A stretch of DNA of 64,000 bases, from contig CAYFRO010000002.1 of the NCBI GenBank assembly GCA_964345565.1, positions 2,340-66,339 on the forward strand. Direction: 5' to 3'. This DNA comes from an uncultured Actinomyces sp. Its GTDB lineage: Bacteria > Actinomycetota > Actinomycetes > Actinomycetales > Actinomycetaceae. Both the position numbers and the translations under genes were made by a program. The notes beneath the pieces were generated by a model that worked only from the letters and a program-made list of their open reading frames with translations, was not told where the DNA came from and did not search any database. Below, piece by piece: positions 9,258 to 17,219 of the stretch (its first letter is position 1; the number at the start of each line of letters is the position of its first letter).

Positions 9258-9938
9258 GTGAGAAACGTGAATGATCTGACCCCTCCTCAAAAAGCTGCCA
9301 AGACCCCCTTCGTTTGGATCGACTGTGAGATGACGGGGCTGGACCCCGCAGTTGATGAGTTAGTCGAGGTCGCGGTTATCGTCACGGACTCCGTGCTGCA
9401 CCCGTTGGCGCCGGGAATCGAAGTGGTGATCAAACCATCGGAAGCGGCACTGGAACAGATGGACGACTTCGTCCGTGACATGCACACCGCTTCCGGACTA
9501 CTTGAGCGGCTTCAGGGTGGAATGGACCTTCAAGATGCCCAGAAAGTCATCGTGGATTACCTGAAAGAGATAGTGCCGGAACCGGGGACCGCCCTGTTGG
9601 CTGGCAACTCCGTCGGGCAGGACCAGCGTTTTCTTCGCGCTTACATGCCGGAAGTGACGGACCACCTGCACTACAGGATCATCGATGTTTCCACGGTGAA
9701 AGAGCTCGCGAAACGCTGGTATCCCAGGGCCTACACGTCAGCCCCTGAAAAGAACGGGACTCACCGTGCTCTGCTAGACATCCAGGATTCGATCATTGAA
9801 CTCGAGTACTACCGGCGCGCTCTGTTCCCTGCGCAACAGTCCGAGGAACCCGGATACTACCGGTCTCTGGCTGCGGACGTGGTGGCGCAGGCTCGGGAGT
9901 CCTTCCCTGGTTTTGATGGCGCGTCCCCAGAAGGCTGA
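9258..9938 (+). CDS. orn: Oligoribonuclease
   Basis: FVWIDCEMTGLDPAVDELVEVAVIVTD (DEDD exonuclease motif I) and HRALLDIQDSIIEL. The ORF-track start at 9195 would overlap the divergent ilvA start, so an internal GTG (9258 or 9267) is preferred. Start is uncertain. Confidence 0.85.
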   Translation: MRNVNDLTPPQKAAKTPFVWIDCEMTGLDPAVDELVEVAVIVTDSVLHPLAPGIEVVIKPSEAALEQMDDFVRDMHTASGLLERLQGGMDLQDAQKVIVDYLKEIVPEPGTALLAGNSVGQDQRFLRAYMPEVTDHLHYRIIDVSTVKELAKRWYPRAYTSAPEKNGTHRALLDIQDSIIELEYYRRALFPAQQSEEPGYYRSLAADVVAQARESFPGFDGASPEG

Positions 9939-10051
9939 GTAGGCGGCTTTCCACAGCCCGGGCAAGGATGAGCCCGTGGAGCCTTGGGTTTCCCCGAGGG
10001 TTGGGGTGGAGTGCAGACGCGCTCCTCACCCAACTTTGAAAGGAAACACTC

Positions 10052-10543
10052 ATGAGCTTGCAAGACCTGATGATCTTGAGGGGCAGGGTCGCATCAGATG
10101 TTGCGTTGCACCGTAGCGCTGAAGAGGACACGAAACCCTTCGCACGGTTCCGCATGGCCGTGCCAAGGGCCAGGCGGCGTGACGACGGGCAATGGGAAGA
10201 CGGGGAGCCCAGCTGGTTCACGGTGAAAACCTGGGGTGTCCTTGCCGAACACAGCCAACTGTCGCTGCGGAGAGGCGCTCCCATCGTTGTTGTGGGACGC
10301 CCCGCCGCACAGTACTGGATCAACAAGGATGGCGAGGCACAAGGGGACATCGCAATTCACGCGGTCACAATAGGGCACGACTTGGTTTTCGGTGTTGCCA
10401 GCTTCTCGAGGTTGCGCCGCGAGCCGGTGGTGCGGCCCACTGAAGGTGACGGTGGGGAACAGGACGCCAGCGATGAACAGGAAGAACCCCCTGTGGGGCT
10501 GGCTGTGCCTGCGGAGGACCACAAAGAGACAAAAGCCGCTTAG
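10052..10543 (+). CDS. Single-stranded DNA-binding protein paralogue (SSBb-like), adjacent to ettA
   Basis: OB-fold SSB pattern: MILRGRVASDVAL..ARFRMAV..WFTVKTWGVLAEH..LRRGAPIVVVGR, followed by an acidic tail. AAAGGA lies 7 nt upstream of the ATG. Confidence 0.75.
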   Translation: MSLQDLMILRGRVASDVALHRSAEEDTKPFARFRMAVPRARRRDDGQWEDGEPSWFTVKTWGVLAEHSQLSLRRGAPIVVVGRPAAQYWINKDGEAQGDIAIHAVTIGHDLVFGVASFSRLRREPVVRPTEGDGGEQDASDEQEEPPVGLAVPAEDHKETKAA

Positions 10544-10627
10544 CCAAAGGCAGAGTGGTTGCCTCCTGGTTTTTTCTTCCGTCTAGCATAGGGAGAAAGC
10601 AAAAGCTCTGCGGCAGGAGATAGACAA

Positions 10628-12310
10628 GTGGCTGAGTACATCTACTCAATGGTCAGGGCCAGGAAGGCACACGGCGACAAAGTCATCCTTGACGACGTCA
10701 CCATGGCCTTCCTGCCCGGCGCAAAGATCGGCATGGTCGGACCGAACGGGGCGGGCAAGTCTTCGATCTTGCGGATCATGGCGGGGCTTGATGAGCCATC
10801 CAACGGGGAAGCCCGACTAACCCCCGGGTATTCTGTTGGGATTTTGGAGCAAGAACCAAAGCTTGATGAAACCAAGACCGTCCTTGAAAACGTCCAGGAG
10901 GGCGTGAAGGACATGGTTTCGAAGCTGGCCAGGTACAACGAGATCTCTGAGGCCATGGCTGACCCGGACGCGGACTTCGACGCGTTGCTTGCCGAGATGG
11001 GTGAGCTGCAAACCGAGATTGACGCGGCAGACGGTTGGGACCTGGACTCGCAACTGGATCAGGCGATGGATGCGCTGCGGTGCCCCCCGGGGGACACTCC
11101 GGTGAACGTCTTGTCCGGAGGTGAAAGGCGCCGCGTCGCCCTGTGCAAGCTGCTCTTGGAAGCGCCCGACTTGCTACTGCTCGATGAGCCCACCAACCAC
11201 CTGGATGCCGAGTCCGTGCTGTGGCTGGAGAAGCACCTGAAGTCCTACCCGGGTGCCGTCATCGCGATCACTCACGACAGGTACTTCCTGGACCACGTCG
11301 CAGAATGGATCGCGGAGGTGGACCGCGGGCGGCTGTACCCCTACGAAGGTAACTACACCACCTACCTTGAAGAGAAACAGCGCAGGCTTCAGATCCAGGG
11401 CAAGAAGGACCAGAAGCTAGCGAAGCGATTGAAGGACGAACTGGACTGGGTTCGCACCAGCCCCAAGGGACGGCAGGCGAAGCAGAAAGCCCGCCTTGAA
11501 CGCTACGAAGAGATGGCGGCAGAGGCCGAGCGCACCCGCAAGCTTGACTTTGAAGAGATCCAGATCCCGCCTGGGCCGCGCCTGGGCTCTGTTGTGATCG
11601 ACGCAAAGAAGCTGAAGAAGGGTTTTGGGGACCGGGTCCTGATCGACGGCCTCAGCTTCTCCCTACCGCCAAACGGCATCATCGGGGTCATCGGTCCCAA
11701 CGGTGTTGGTAAAACCACGCTTTTCAAGACCATCGTTGGACTGGAAGACCTGGACGACGGGGACCTGAGCATTGGCGAGACCGTCAAGATCTCTTACGTC
11801 GACCAAAACCGTGCGGGGATCGACCCAGAAAAGCCACTTTGGGAGGTCGTCTCTGACGGACTGGACTACATCCAGGTTGGAAACGTAGAGATGCCGTCGC
11901 GGGCCTACGTTTCAGCCTTCGGGTTCAAGGGTGCCGACCAACAGAAGCCCGCAGGCGTCCTTTCCGGTGGTGAGCGCAACCGCTTGAACCTGGCCCTCAC
12001 CTTGAAGCAGGGTGGCAACCTGCTACTACTTGACGAGCCGACGAACGACCTTGATGTCGAAACTCTGGGCTCCCTAGAGAACGCTCTTGAGAACTTCCCG
12101 GGTTGCGCCGTGGTTGTCACGCACGACCGCTGGTTCCTGGACCGCGTTGCCACGCACATCCTGGCGTGGGAAGGCACCGATGAAGACCAGGCGAAATGGC
12201 ACTGGTTCGAAGGGAACTTCGAAGACTACGAAAAGAACAAGATTGAGCGGCTAGGGGCGGAAGCTGCCAGGCCCAAGAGCGCGACTCACAGGCGCCTGCG
12301 CCGCGACTAA
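10628..12310 (+). CDS. ettA: Energy-dependent translational throttle protein EttA (ABC-F ATPase)
   Basis: MAEYIYSM.. N-terminus. Two ABC cassettes (GPNGAGKSS / LSGGERRRV / LLLLDEPTNHLD and GPNGVGKTT / LSGGERNRL / LLLLDEPTNDLD). 560 aa. Confidence 0.95.
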   Translation: MAEYIYSMVRARKAHGDKVILDDVTMAFLPGAKIGMVGPNGAGKSSILRIMAGLDEPSNGEARLTPGYSVGILEQEPKLDETKTVLENVQEGVKDMVSKLARYNEISEAMADPDADFDALLAEMGELQTEIDAADGWDLDSQLDQAMDALRCPPGDTPVNVLSGGERRRVALCKLLLEAPDLLLLDEPTNHLDAESVLWLEKHLKSYPGAVIAITHDRYFLDHVAEWIAEVDRGRLYPYEGNYTTYLEEKQRRLQIQGKKDQKLAKRLKDELDWVRTSPKGRQAKQKARLERYEEMAAEAERTRKLDFEEIQIPPGPRLGSVVIDAKKLKKGFGDRVLIDGLSFSLPPNGIIGVIGPNGVGKTTLFKTIVGLEDLDDGDLSIGETVKISYVDQNRAGIDPEKPLWEVVSDGLDYIQVGNVEMPSRAYVSAFGFKGADQQKPAGVLSGGERNRLNLALTLKQGGNLLLLDEPTNDLDVETLGSLENALENFPGCAVVVTHDRWFLDRVATHILAWEGTDEDQAKWHWFEGNFEDYEKNKIERLGAEAARPKSATHRRLRRD

Positions 12311-13245
12311 TCGCTGAAGGTCCAATGCCCGGCAGATGCTCTGCCGGGCTCAGGGACCCGCACCATGCCTTCTTGGGCTGCGGAGGCCAGCAGTTCCCCC
12401 GACTCCGAGAAGATCCTGATGTCGGCTTTGGCTCTGCCTCCACCGACAGACGTTGAGGTGCCGTCAAACAGGAGCCACTGGTTCACGTCCACGTCCCTGT
12501 GGAACCACATGGAATGGTCCAAGGACGCAAGTGAGAGCCCAGGGACGGACCAATGCAACCCGACAGAACGCAGAGCAGGTTCTAGCATCACCTGGTCAAC
12601 GACGTAGGCCAGCAGGGCCCTTTGAACAACCTGCGACGACGAAGGGATCGGTGTTCGGGGCTTCATCCAAAGCTGTTGCACGGATTCGCGTTCGGGGGCC
12701 GGACCCACGTACAGAGACTTTTGCACGTGCCTGACATCGAATGCCGCTGTCTTGCCCAAGAACTTCGCAACGGGATGGTCCAGGTCCCGGAACAACGCCA
12801 GGGCCGAGTCAGCCTGCTCCGGCGGAACCACTTCGGGCGCGGGCGATTGCGAGCCCAGGCCCCCCTCGTTCGCGTGGAAAGACGAGTTCATCACCAGCAG
12901 TTCGCGTCCCGACTGTTCGACGTTGACAGACCGGGCAGAGAAGGAACCGCCGTCGCGTAGGACGGACACGTCAAAGTCCAGGGGCTCCCCGGGATGGCCA
13001 CCGCGCAGGAAATAGGCGTGAAGGGAATGCGGTAATCGCGCCGGGTCAGAAACGGTTGCGGCGCTTGCCAGAAGAGCCTGGGCTATCACCTGCCCTCCGT
13101 AGATGCGCCGCGCTTGCGGCAGGGACTGACCAACAAATGTGGCATCCACGTCAGAAACAACTTTGCGTGGCTCCAGTTGAAGAACCCGCAACACTGAGGC
13201 GACGGGTTCCTGGTGGACTTCCGGGACTTGTACTGCAGGGCGCAT
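12307..13245 (-). CDS. tesB: Acyl-CoA thioesterase II
   Basis: IYGGQVIAQALLAS..HSLHAYFLRGG..LRDGGSFSARSV aligns with the E. coli TesB double-hotdog blocks. AAGGA RBS. The stop overlaps the ettA stop by 4 nt (convergent). Confidence 0.88.
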   Translation of the reverse strand: MRPAVQVPEVHQEPVASVLRVLQLEPRKVVSDVDATFVGQSLPQARRIYGGQVIAQALLASAATVSDPARLPHSLHAYFLRGGHPGEPLDFDVSVLRDGGSFSARSVNVEQSGRELLVMNSSFHANEGGLGSQSPAPEVVPPEQADSALALFRDLDHPVAKFLGKTAAFDVRHVQKSLYVGPAPERESVQQLWMKPRTPIPSSSQVVQRALLAYVVDQVMLEPALRSVGLHWSVPGLSLASLDHSMWFHRDVDVNQWLLFDGTSTSVGGGRAKADIRIFSESGELLASAAQEGMVRVPEPGRASAGHWTFSD

Positions 13246-13362
13246 AGCTTCATCCTTACCCTCTCACCAGGGCGAAGAGGTCCGTGCTCAGGGTCTGGAA
13301 ACGGTATCCTACAAAGCGTGGCCCGCAGGAGTTGCGGGTTCCTTCGAACTCAAGGGGGAGAT

Positions 13363-15552
13363 GTGGACGAAGAAGTCCAAACAGAGCGGACTCCGGTTGA
13401 CATTGACGCGCTACGCCACTTGGCGGACCTGAACCGCGTTGCGACCTCGTACTACGGCTTCGGAGGTGACCTGACCGAAGTCTCTGCCGACTCCCTACTG
13501 AAGGTCCTCTCCGCCATGGGCGTGCCTGTCATGCCGGGGTGTTCTAACGAAGCTGTGCTGCGGGCGATCCGCCATGCGGAAGACCTACCCTGGATGCTGA
13601 CGCTCCCGGTGTGCACCGTTGTTCGTTTGGGAAGCGAAGCGGAACTCCAGGTTCACCTCGATGATGGACAAAAGGTCAACGCCTGGTACGTGCTGGAAGA
13701 CGGTGGGTCGGGGGCACTGGAAGCGAAGGACGTCTACGTTGCTCCTCGTCTAGTCGACGGCACGCTCCGGGGACGGGCAACGTTTGTCATCCCTGACACT
13801 TTGCCTCTTGGGTACCACAGTGTTTACGCGCGGATAGATGAGGGCGAGCCCGTGTCTGCGCCCCTCTACGTGGTTCCTGCCCGACTGGCACCCGGGGTGC
13901 TCTCTGGTGAACAGCGCTACTGGGGCGTCAACGTGCAGGCCTACTCGGTCATGTCCCGCGGGTCGTGGGGTGTGGGTGACGCTGAGGACCTCGCGGACCT
14001 CATTGCTGTTTGCGGGCAGGAGGGTGCCGATTTCGTCTTGATCAACCCGCTCCACGCGTCGGAAAGCACTGTGCCGATCGACAACTCCCCGTACCGTCCT
14101 GTCTCCCGGCGCTGGCTGAACGTCACCTACATTCGGCCTGAAGCGATCCTGGAATACGCGTCCCTCGGTAAAAGCAAGCGTGAGAAGATCGCGAAGCTCC
14201 GCGCTTCCGTATCAAACGAGGCCGAGGACGCCCAGCTGGATCGGGACGCGACCTGGGAAGCTAAAGACCGGGCGCTACGGCTTATTTACGCGGTTCCGCG
14301 CGCCGTGTACCGGCAGGCGGAGTTCGAAGCGTTCTGCCTTGCAGGCGGGCAGGACCTGTTCAATCACGCGCTCTGGTCGGCGATCACAGAGGTCCTTGGC
14401 ACCACCGACCTGCCCAAGGAATATCGAAGTGCTGCGACAGACCAATCGAAAGCTTTCGCTGCAGACCATGCGGACCTGATCCGCTACTACCAGTGGCTGC
14501 AGTGGGTCGCGGCGAACCAGCTCCGCGTCCCCAACCAGGTCGGGAGTCGGATCGGCATGCCGATCGGGGTCATGGCGGACCTGGCCGTTGGAACTCACCC
14601 GTCGGGGTCCGACTACTGGTCTTCGCCCAAGCTGTTCGCGCCGGGCATGTATGTCGGGGCACCACCGGACATGTATGCCCAAAAGGGGCAGAGCTGGACG
14701 CAACCGCCCTGGATTCCCTCCAGGCTTGCCGAGGTCGGGTACGAACCCTTCCGCCAGGTCATTCGTTCCGCGCTGGAACTGGCCGACGCGCTACGTATCG
14801 ACCACATCCTGGGTCTATTCAGGCTCTGGTGGCATCCCAGTGATGGTGGACCTGCTGACGGCACCTACGTCTACTTCGACCACGAAGCCATGGTGGGGGT
14901 TCTGCTACTTGAAGCTCACCGGGCCGACGCGATCCTGATCGGAGAAGACTTGGGAACGGTTGAGCCGTGGGTCCGCGAATACTTAGAGGAGCGCGGCGTT
15001 CTTGGGACTTCAGTCTTCTGGTTTGAGAAGGACGATCTGGGGATGCCGTTGCATTCGCACGAATACCGCAGCGGGGTTCTAGCGACGGTAAACACTCACG
15101 ATCTGCCGCCGACCCGCGGCTACATCGATGGTGTGCAGACAACCTTGCGCGACGAAATGGATCTGCTGGTTGACCCCGTTGAAGTTGTGCGGGAACGTGA
15201 CCGGGTCGAGCAGGAAAAGACAGTGGCGCGATTGAAAGAGTACGGTCTGCTCCCAGCCGACCCGACAGAGACGCAGGTGTTGAAGGCTCTGCACCGCTAC
15301 GTGTCAAGGACGCCGTCTCGGCTGGTTGCTGCTGCCCTTGTTGACCAGGTGGGGGAGCGCAGGCCGCAGAACTTCCCCGGTACCGAACACGAGTACCCGA
15401 ACTGGCGCGTGCCGCTTGCAGACGAGTCGGGGAAGCGCGTTTGGATTGAGGACCTGGCAGAGGACGCGGCCAGCGATTCTGACGCCGGGGTCTTTGCGAC
15501 TATGCGCGACGAGTTCGGCCGGAAGAAAAGAGGCGTGCTGAAGGCCAAGTAG
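13363..15552 (+). CDS. malQ: 4-alpha-glucanotransferase (amylomaltase, GH77)
   Basis: YWGVNVQAYS, IGVMADLAVG, ALRIDHILGLFRLWW, IGEDLGTVEP, NTHDLPP. Start moved to GTG 13363, which is preceded by GGGGGAG. The track start at 13213 overlaps the divergent tesB. Confidence 0.9.
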   Translation: MDEEVQTERTPVDIDALRHLADLNRVATSYYGFGGDLTEVSADSLLKVLSAMGVPVMPGCSNEAVLRAIRHAEDLPWMLTLPVCTVVRLGSEAELQVHLDDGQKVNAWYVLEDGGSGALEAKDVYVAPRLVDGTLRGRATFVIPDTLPLGYHSVYARIDEGEPVSAPLYVVPARLAPGVLSGEQRYWGVNVQAYSVMSRGSWGVGDAEDLADLIAVCGQEGADFVLINPLHASESTVPIDNSPYRPVSRRWLNVTYIRPEAILEYASLGKSKREKIAKLRASVSNEAEDAQLDRDATWEAKDRALRLIYAVPRAVYRQAEFEAFCLAGGQDLFNHALWSAITEVLGTTDLPKEYRSAATDQSKAFAADHADLIRYYQWLQWVAANQLRVPNQVGSRIGMPIGVMADLAVGTHPSGSDYWSSPKLFAPGMYVGAPPDMYAQKGQSWTQPPWIPSRLAEVGYEPFRQVIRSALELADALRIDHILGLFRLWWHPSDGGPADGTYVYFDHEAMVGVLLLEAHRADAILIGEDLGTVEPWVREYLEERGVLGTSVFWFEKDDLGMPLHSHEYRSGVLATVNTHDLPPTRGYIDGVQTTLRDEMDLLVDPVEVVRERDRVEQEKTVARLKEYGLLPADPTETQVLKALHRYVSRTPSRLVAAALVDQVGERRPQNFPGTEHEYPNWRVPLADESGKRVWIEDLAEDAASDSDAGVFATMRDEFGRKKRGVLKAK

Positions 15553-15570
15553 TTCTCCGGCATCAAAACG

Positions 15571-15612
15571 GGGCTCCGGCGTTGCTGTGGTTAGCGCTGG
15601 AGCCCGGTTTTT
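15571..15612. terminator. Bidirectional terminator between malQ and the EIIB gene
   Basis: GGGCTCCGGCG-(13 nt)-CGCTGGAGCCC stem (one G.T pair), flanked by CAAAAC on the left and GGTTTTT on the right. Confidence 0.75.
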
Positions 15613-15623
15613 GCAGGTGCCGC

Positions 15624-15854
15624 TTACAGGATCTGGTTTATGGATTCGGCCAGAGAATCGGCGACAGGGCCCACGACAACCTGGACGGTGGTTCCTACCT
15701 GGACGACTCCGAATGCGCCGGCTTCAGCTAGGGCTACTTCGTTGACAAGGTTTTGGTCTAGCACGTCGACCCGAAGACGGGTGATGCAAGGCTGAATGTC
15801 CTGCACGTTTTTCGGTCCGCCCAGACCGGTAAGGATCGCTTCGGCTTGAGACAC
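15624..15854 (-). CDS. Stand-alone PTS EIIB component (glucose/NAG-type EIIB domain)
   Basis: 76 aa. LGGPKNVQDIQPCITRLRV contains the phosphorylatable Cys in the C-I-T-R-L-R signature. GTG start with AAGGGG RBS. No EIIC or EIIA nearby. Confidence 0.85.
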   Translation of the reverse strand: MSQAEAILTGLGGPKNVQDIQPCITRLRVDVLDQNLVNEVALAEAGAFGVVQVGTTVQVVVGPVADSLAESINQIL

Positions 15855-16209
15855 TGCGTCACCCCTTTTGCGTAAGCCCGGCGTGGCGTCGTTGCCACCT
15901 TCAACGCTTCAAAAGTACCATCGCGCCGCGAACCTGCGCGGAAAAGGTGAGGAGGCCCGCAGGAAAAAAACGGGAGCCCCTCATCACACTCTTTGCCGCC
16001 CCCCCATTTTCGGTTCGGCCGCGAGTTAGCGCGGCCAACACGGACCAAAGTTGGAGTCCTCAAGGGCTCAGGTTTGGACGCGGTGCCCCGCAGCTTCGCG
16101 GCCATGCGTCCTTAGCTTGCTCGCGGTTTCACGCCGCTCCTTGAACCCCTGCGATAGCCTTGAGATAAGTGACGGTCGCAACGGCGCGACCCGGGCTTGG
16201 GGGCGGAAA

Positions 16210-16851
16210 ATGGGCAGAACAGCAACCAGAAACGCGGCGCTCTCGATCGCTGTTGCGCTGACCTTTGGCCTGGCCGCCTGTTCTGGTGGTGACGCTGGCA
16301 CCCCTGCAGCCGAGGTTGTCACGGACGAAAAAGCCGAGTTCAAGGACAGTGTCGAGGACGGTGTCGAGGACGGTGTCAAAGACAAGGACGTGGAGCCTGA
16401 GGATGGGAACCTGTTCGTCTCTGAAGAATACGGTTTCGAAATCGGGTTTCCCGGAGATCCTGAAATCGATCGGTGGGAGGAAGAGGACTCAGGCAGAACG
16501 TACACGGGCACCAGCTACTTGTACGAGGGTGAAGACGGCAGCTACGCGCTCAGCGTCAGCCAGGTCCCGTTGGCGGCGGACGAGATCCTGGACGCGAGCG
16601 TGGGTGCAGATGCTGCGGTCCGGAGCGTGGCCCACTCCACCGGAGGCACTGAAGTGAGCATGAACACTGGCGAAACCTTCTTGGGGGGACCCTCCGCCAG
16701 TGCTCACTTGAAGGTAGACCGCAACGGCACGGTGAAGGATCTCTACACCCGCGTGGTCATCCGAGGCAACACCATCTTTCAGATGACGACCATTGGATTG
16801 GACGAACACAAGTTCCGCGAGCTTGAGAACTCTTTCGCTTTCATTGATTGA
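16210..16851 (+). CDS. Hypothetical lipoprotein with acidic repeat region
   Basis: Internal ATG at 16210 gives MGRTATRNAALSIAVALTFGLAAC|SGG (lipobox LAAC). Followed by VEDGVEDGVKDKD repeats. I recognise no family. Confidence 0.6.
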   Translation: MGRTATRNAALSIAVALTFGLAACSGGDAGTPAAEVVTDEKAEFKDSVEDGVEDGVKDKDVEPEDGNLFVSEEYGFEIGFPGDPEIDRWEEEDSGRTYTGTSYLYEGEDGSYALSVSQVPLAADEILDASVGADAAVRSVAHSTGGTEVSMNTGETFLGGPSASAHLKVDRNGTVKDLYTRVVIRGNTIFQMTTIGLDEHKFRELENSFAFID

Positions 16852-17066
16852 GCCCGAACCTAGACTCACCGGGCCGGACTGGAAACACAACGGGGGACGC
16901 CCGGCCTGTGGGAGGGTTGGTGTCTTTTCATTTCTGGAGCGCACGGGCTCGGCACCCGGTCAAGAACAAAGTGTTGAGTTGAGTAGCGTGAAAGGTCTGC
17001 CCCCTCAGTCGTTGCACCCAGACTCAGGCTTTGAGGGCCGTCCAGTCCGAAAGCTAAGCGCTGGGG

Positions 17067-17105
17067 GTGCCTGTTTTATGAGCAGACAAACCATAAAACA
17101 GGCAC
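17067..17105. terminator. Perfect AT-rich stem-loop between the convergent lipoprotein gene and pepN (probable bidirectional terminator)
   Basis: GTGCCTGTTTTATG-(11 nt loop)-CATAAAACAGGCAC, a 14 bp perfect stem. Confidence 0.5.
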
Positions 17106-17219
17106 TACCAGCAAAGCTAACGGTTCGGAAGCGCCGCGAGCATTACCCACCGCACAGACACAACCAATCTTGCCGGCCGGTTCCAGGCCAGTAGACAAAA
17201 GACCTACAGAAGCGCCGAC

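Noticed and set aside
9939-10051. Possible tRNA or sRNA between orn and the SSBb-like gene.
   Set aside because: There is only an imperfect hairpin (GTTGGGGTGGAG..CTCCTCACCCAAC) followed by TTTG. It has no cloverleaf features and is most simply a weak orn terminator.
13213-13362. Upstream extension of malQ given in the ORF track. The same issue applies to 9195-9257 for orn, 16051-16209 for the lipoprotein gene, 28557-28607 for dhaK, 30235-30288 for dhaM and 60819-60899 for proS.
   Set aside because: These extensions overlap the neighbouring or divergent genes, lack an RBS and add non-conserved residues. Internal starts with good Shine-Dalgarno sequences reproduce the canonical N-termini.
16793-17194. 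133-aa ORF, and the embedded 38-aa basic ORF starting in the loop of the AT-rich hairpin.
   Set aside because: It overlaps the end of the lipoprotein gene, has no RBS and is Arg/Pro-rich nonsense composition. The ATG lies inside a perfect stem-loop.
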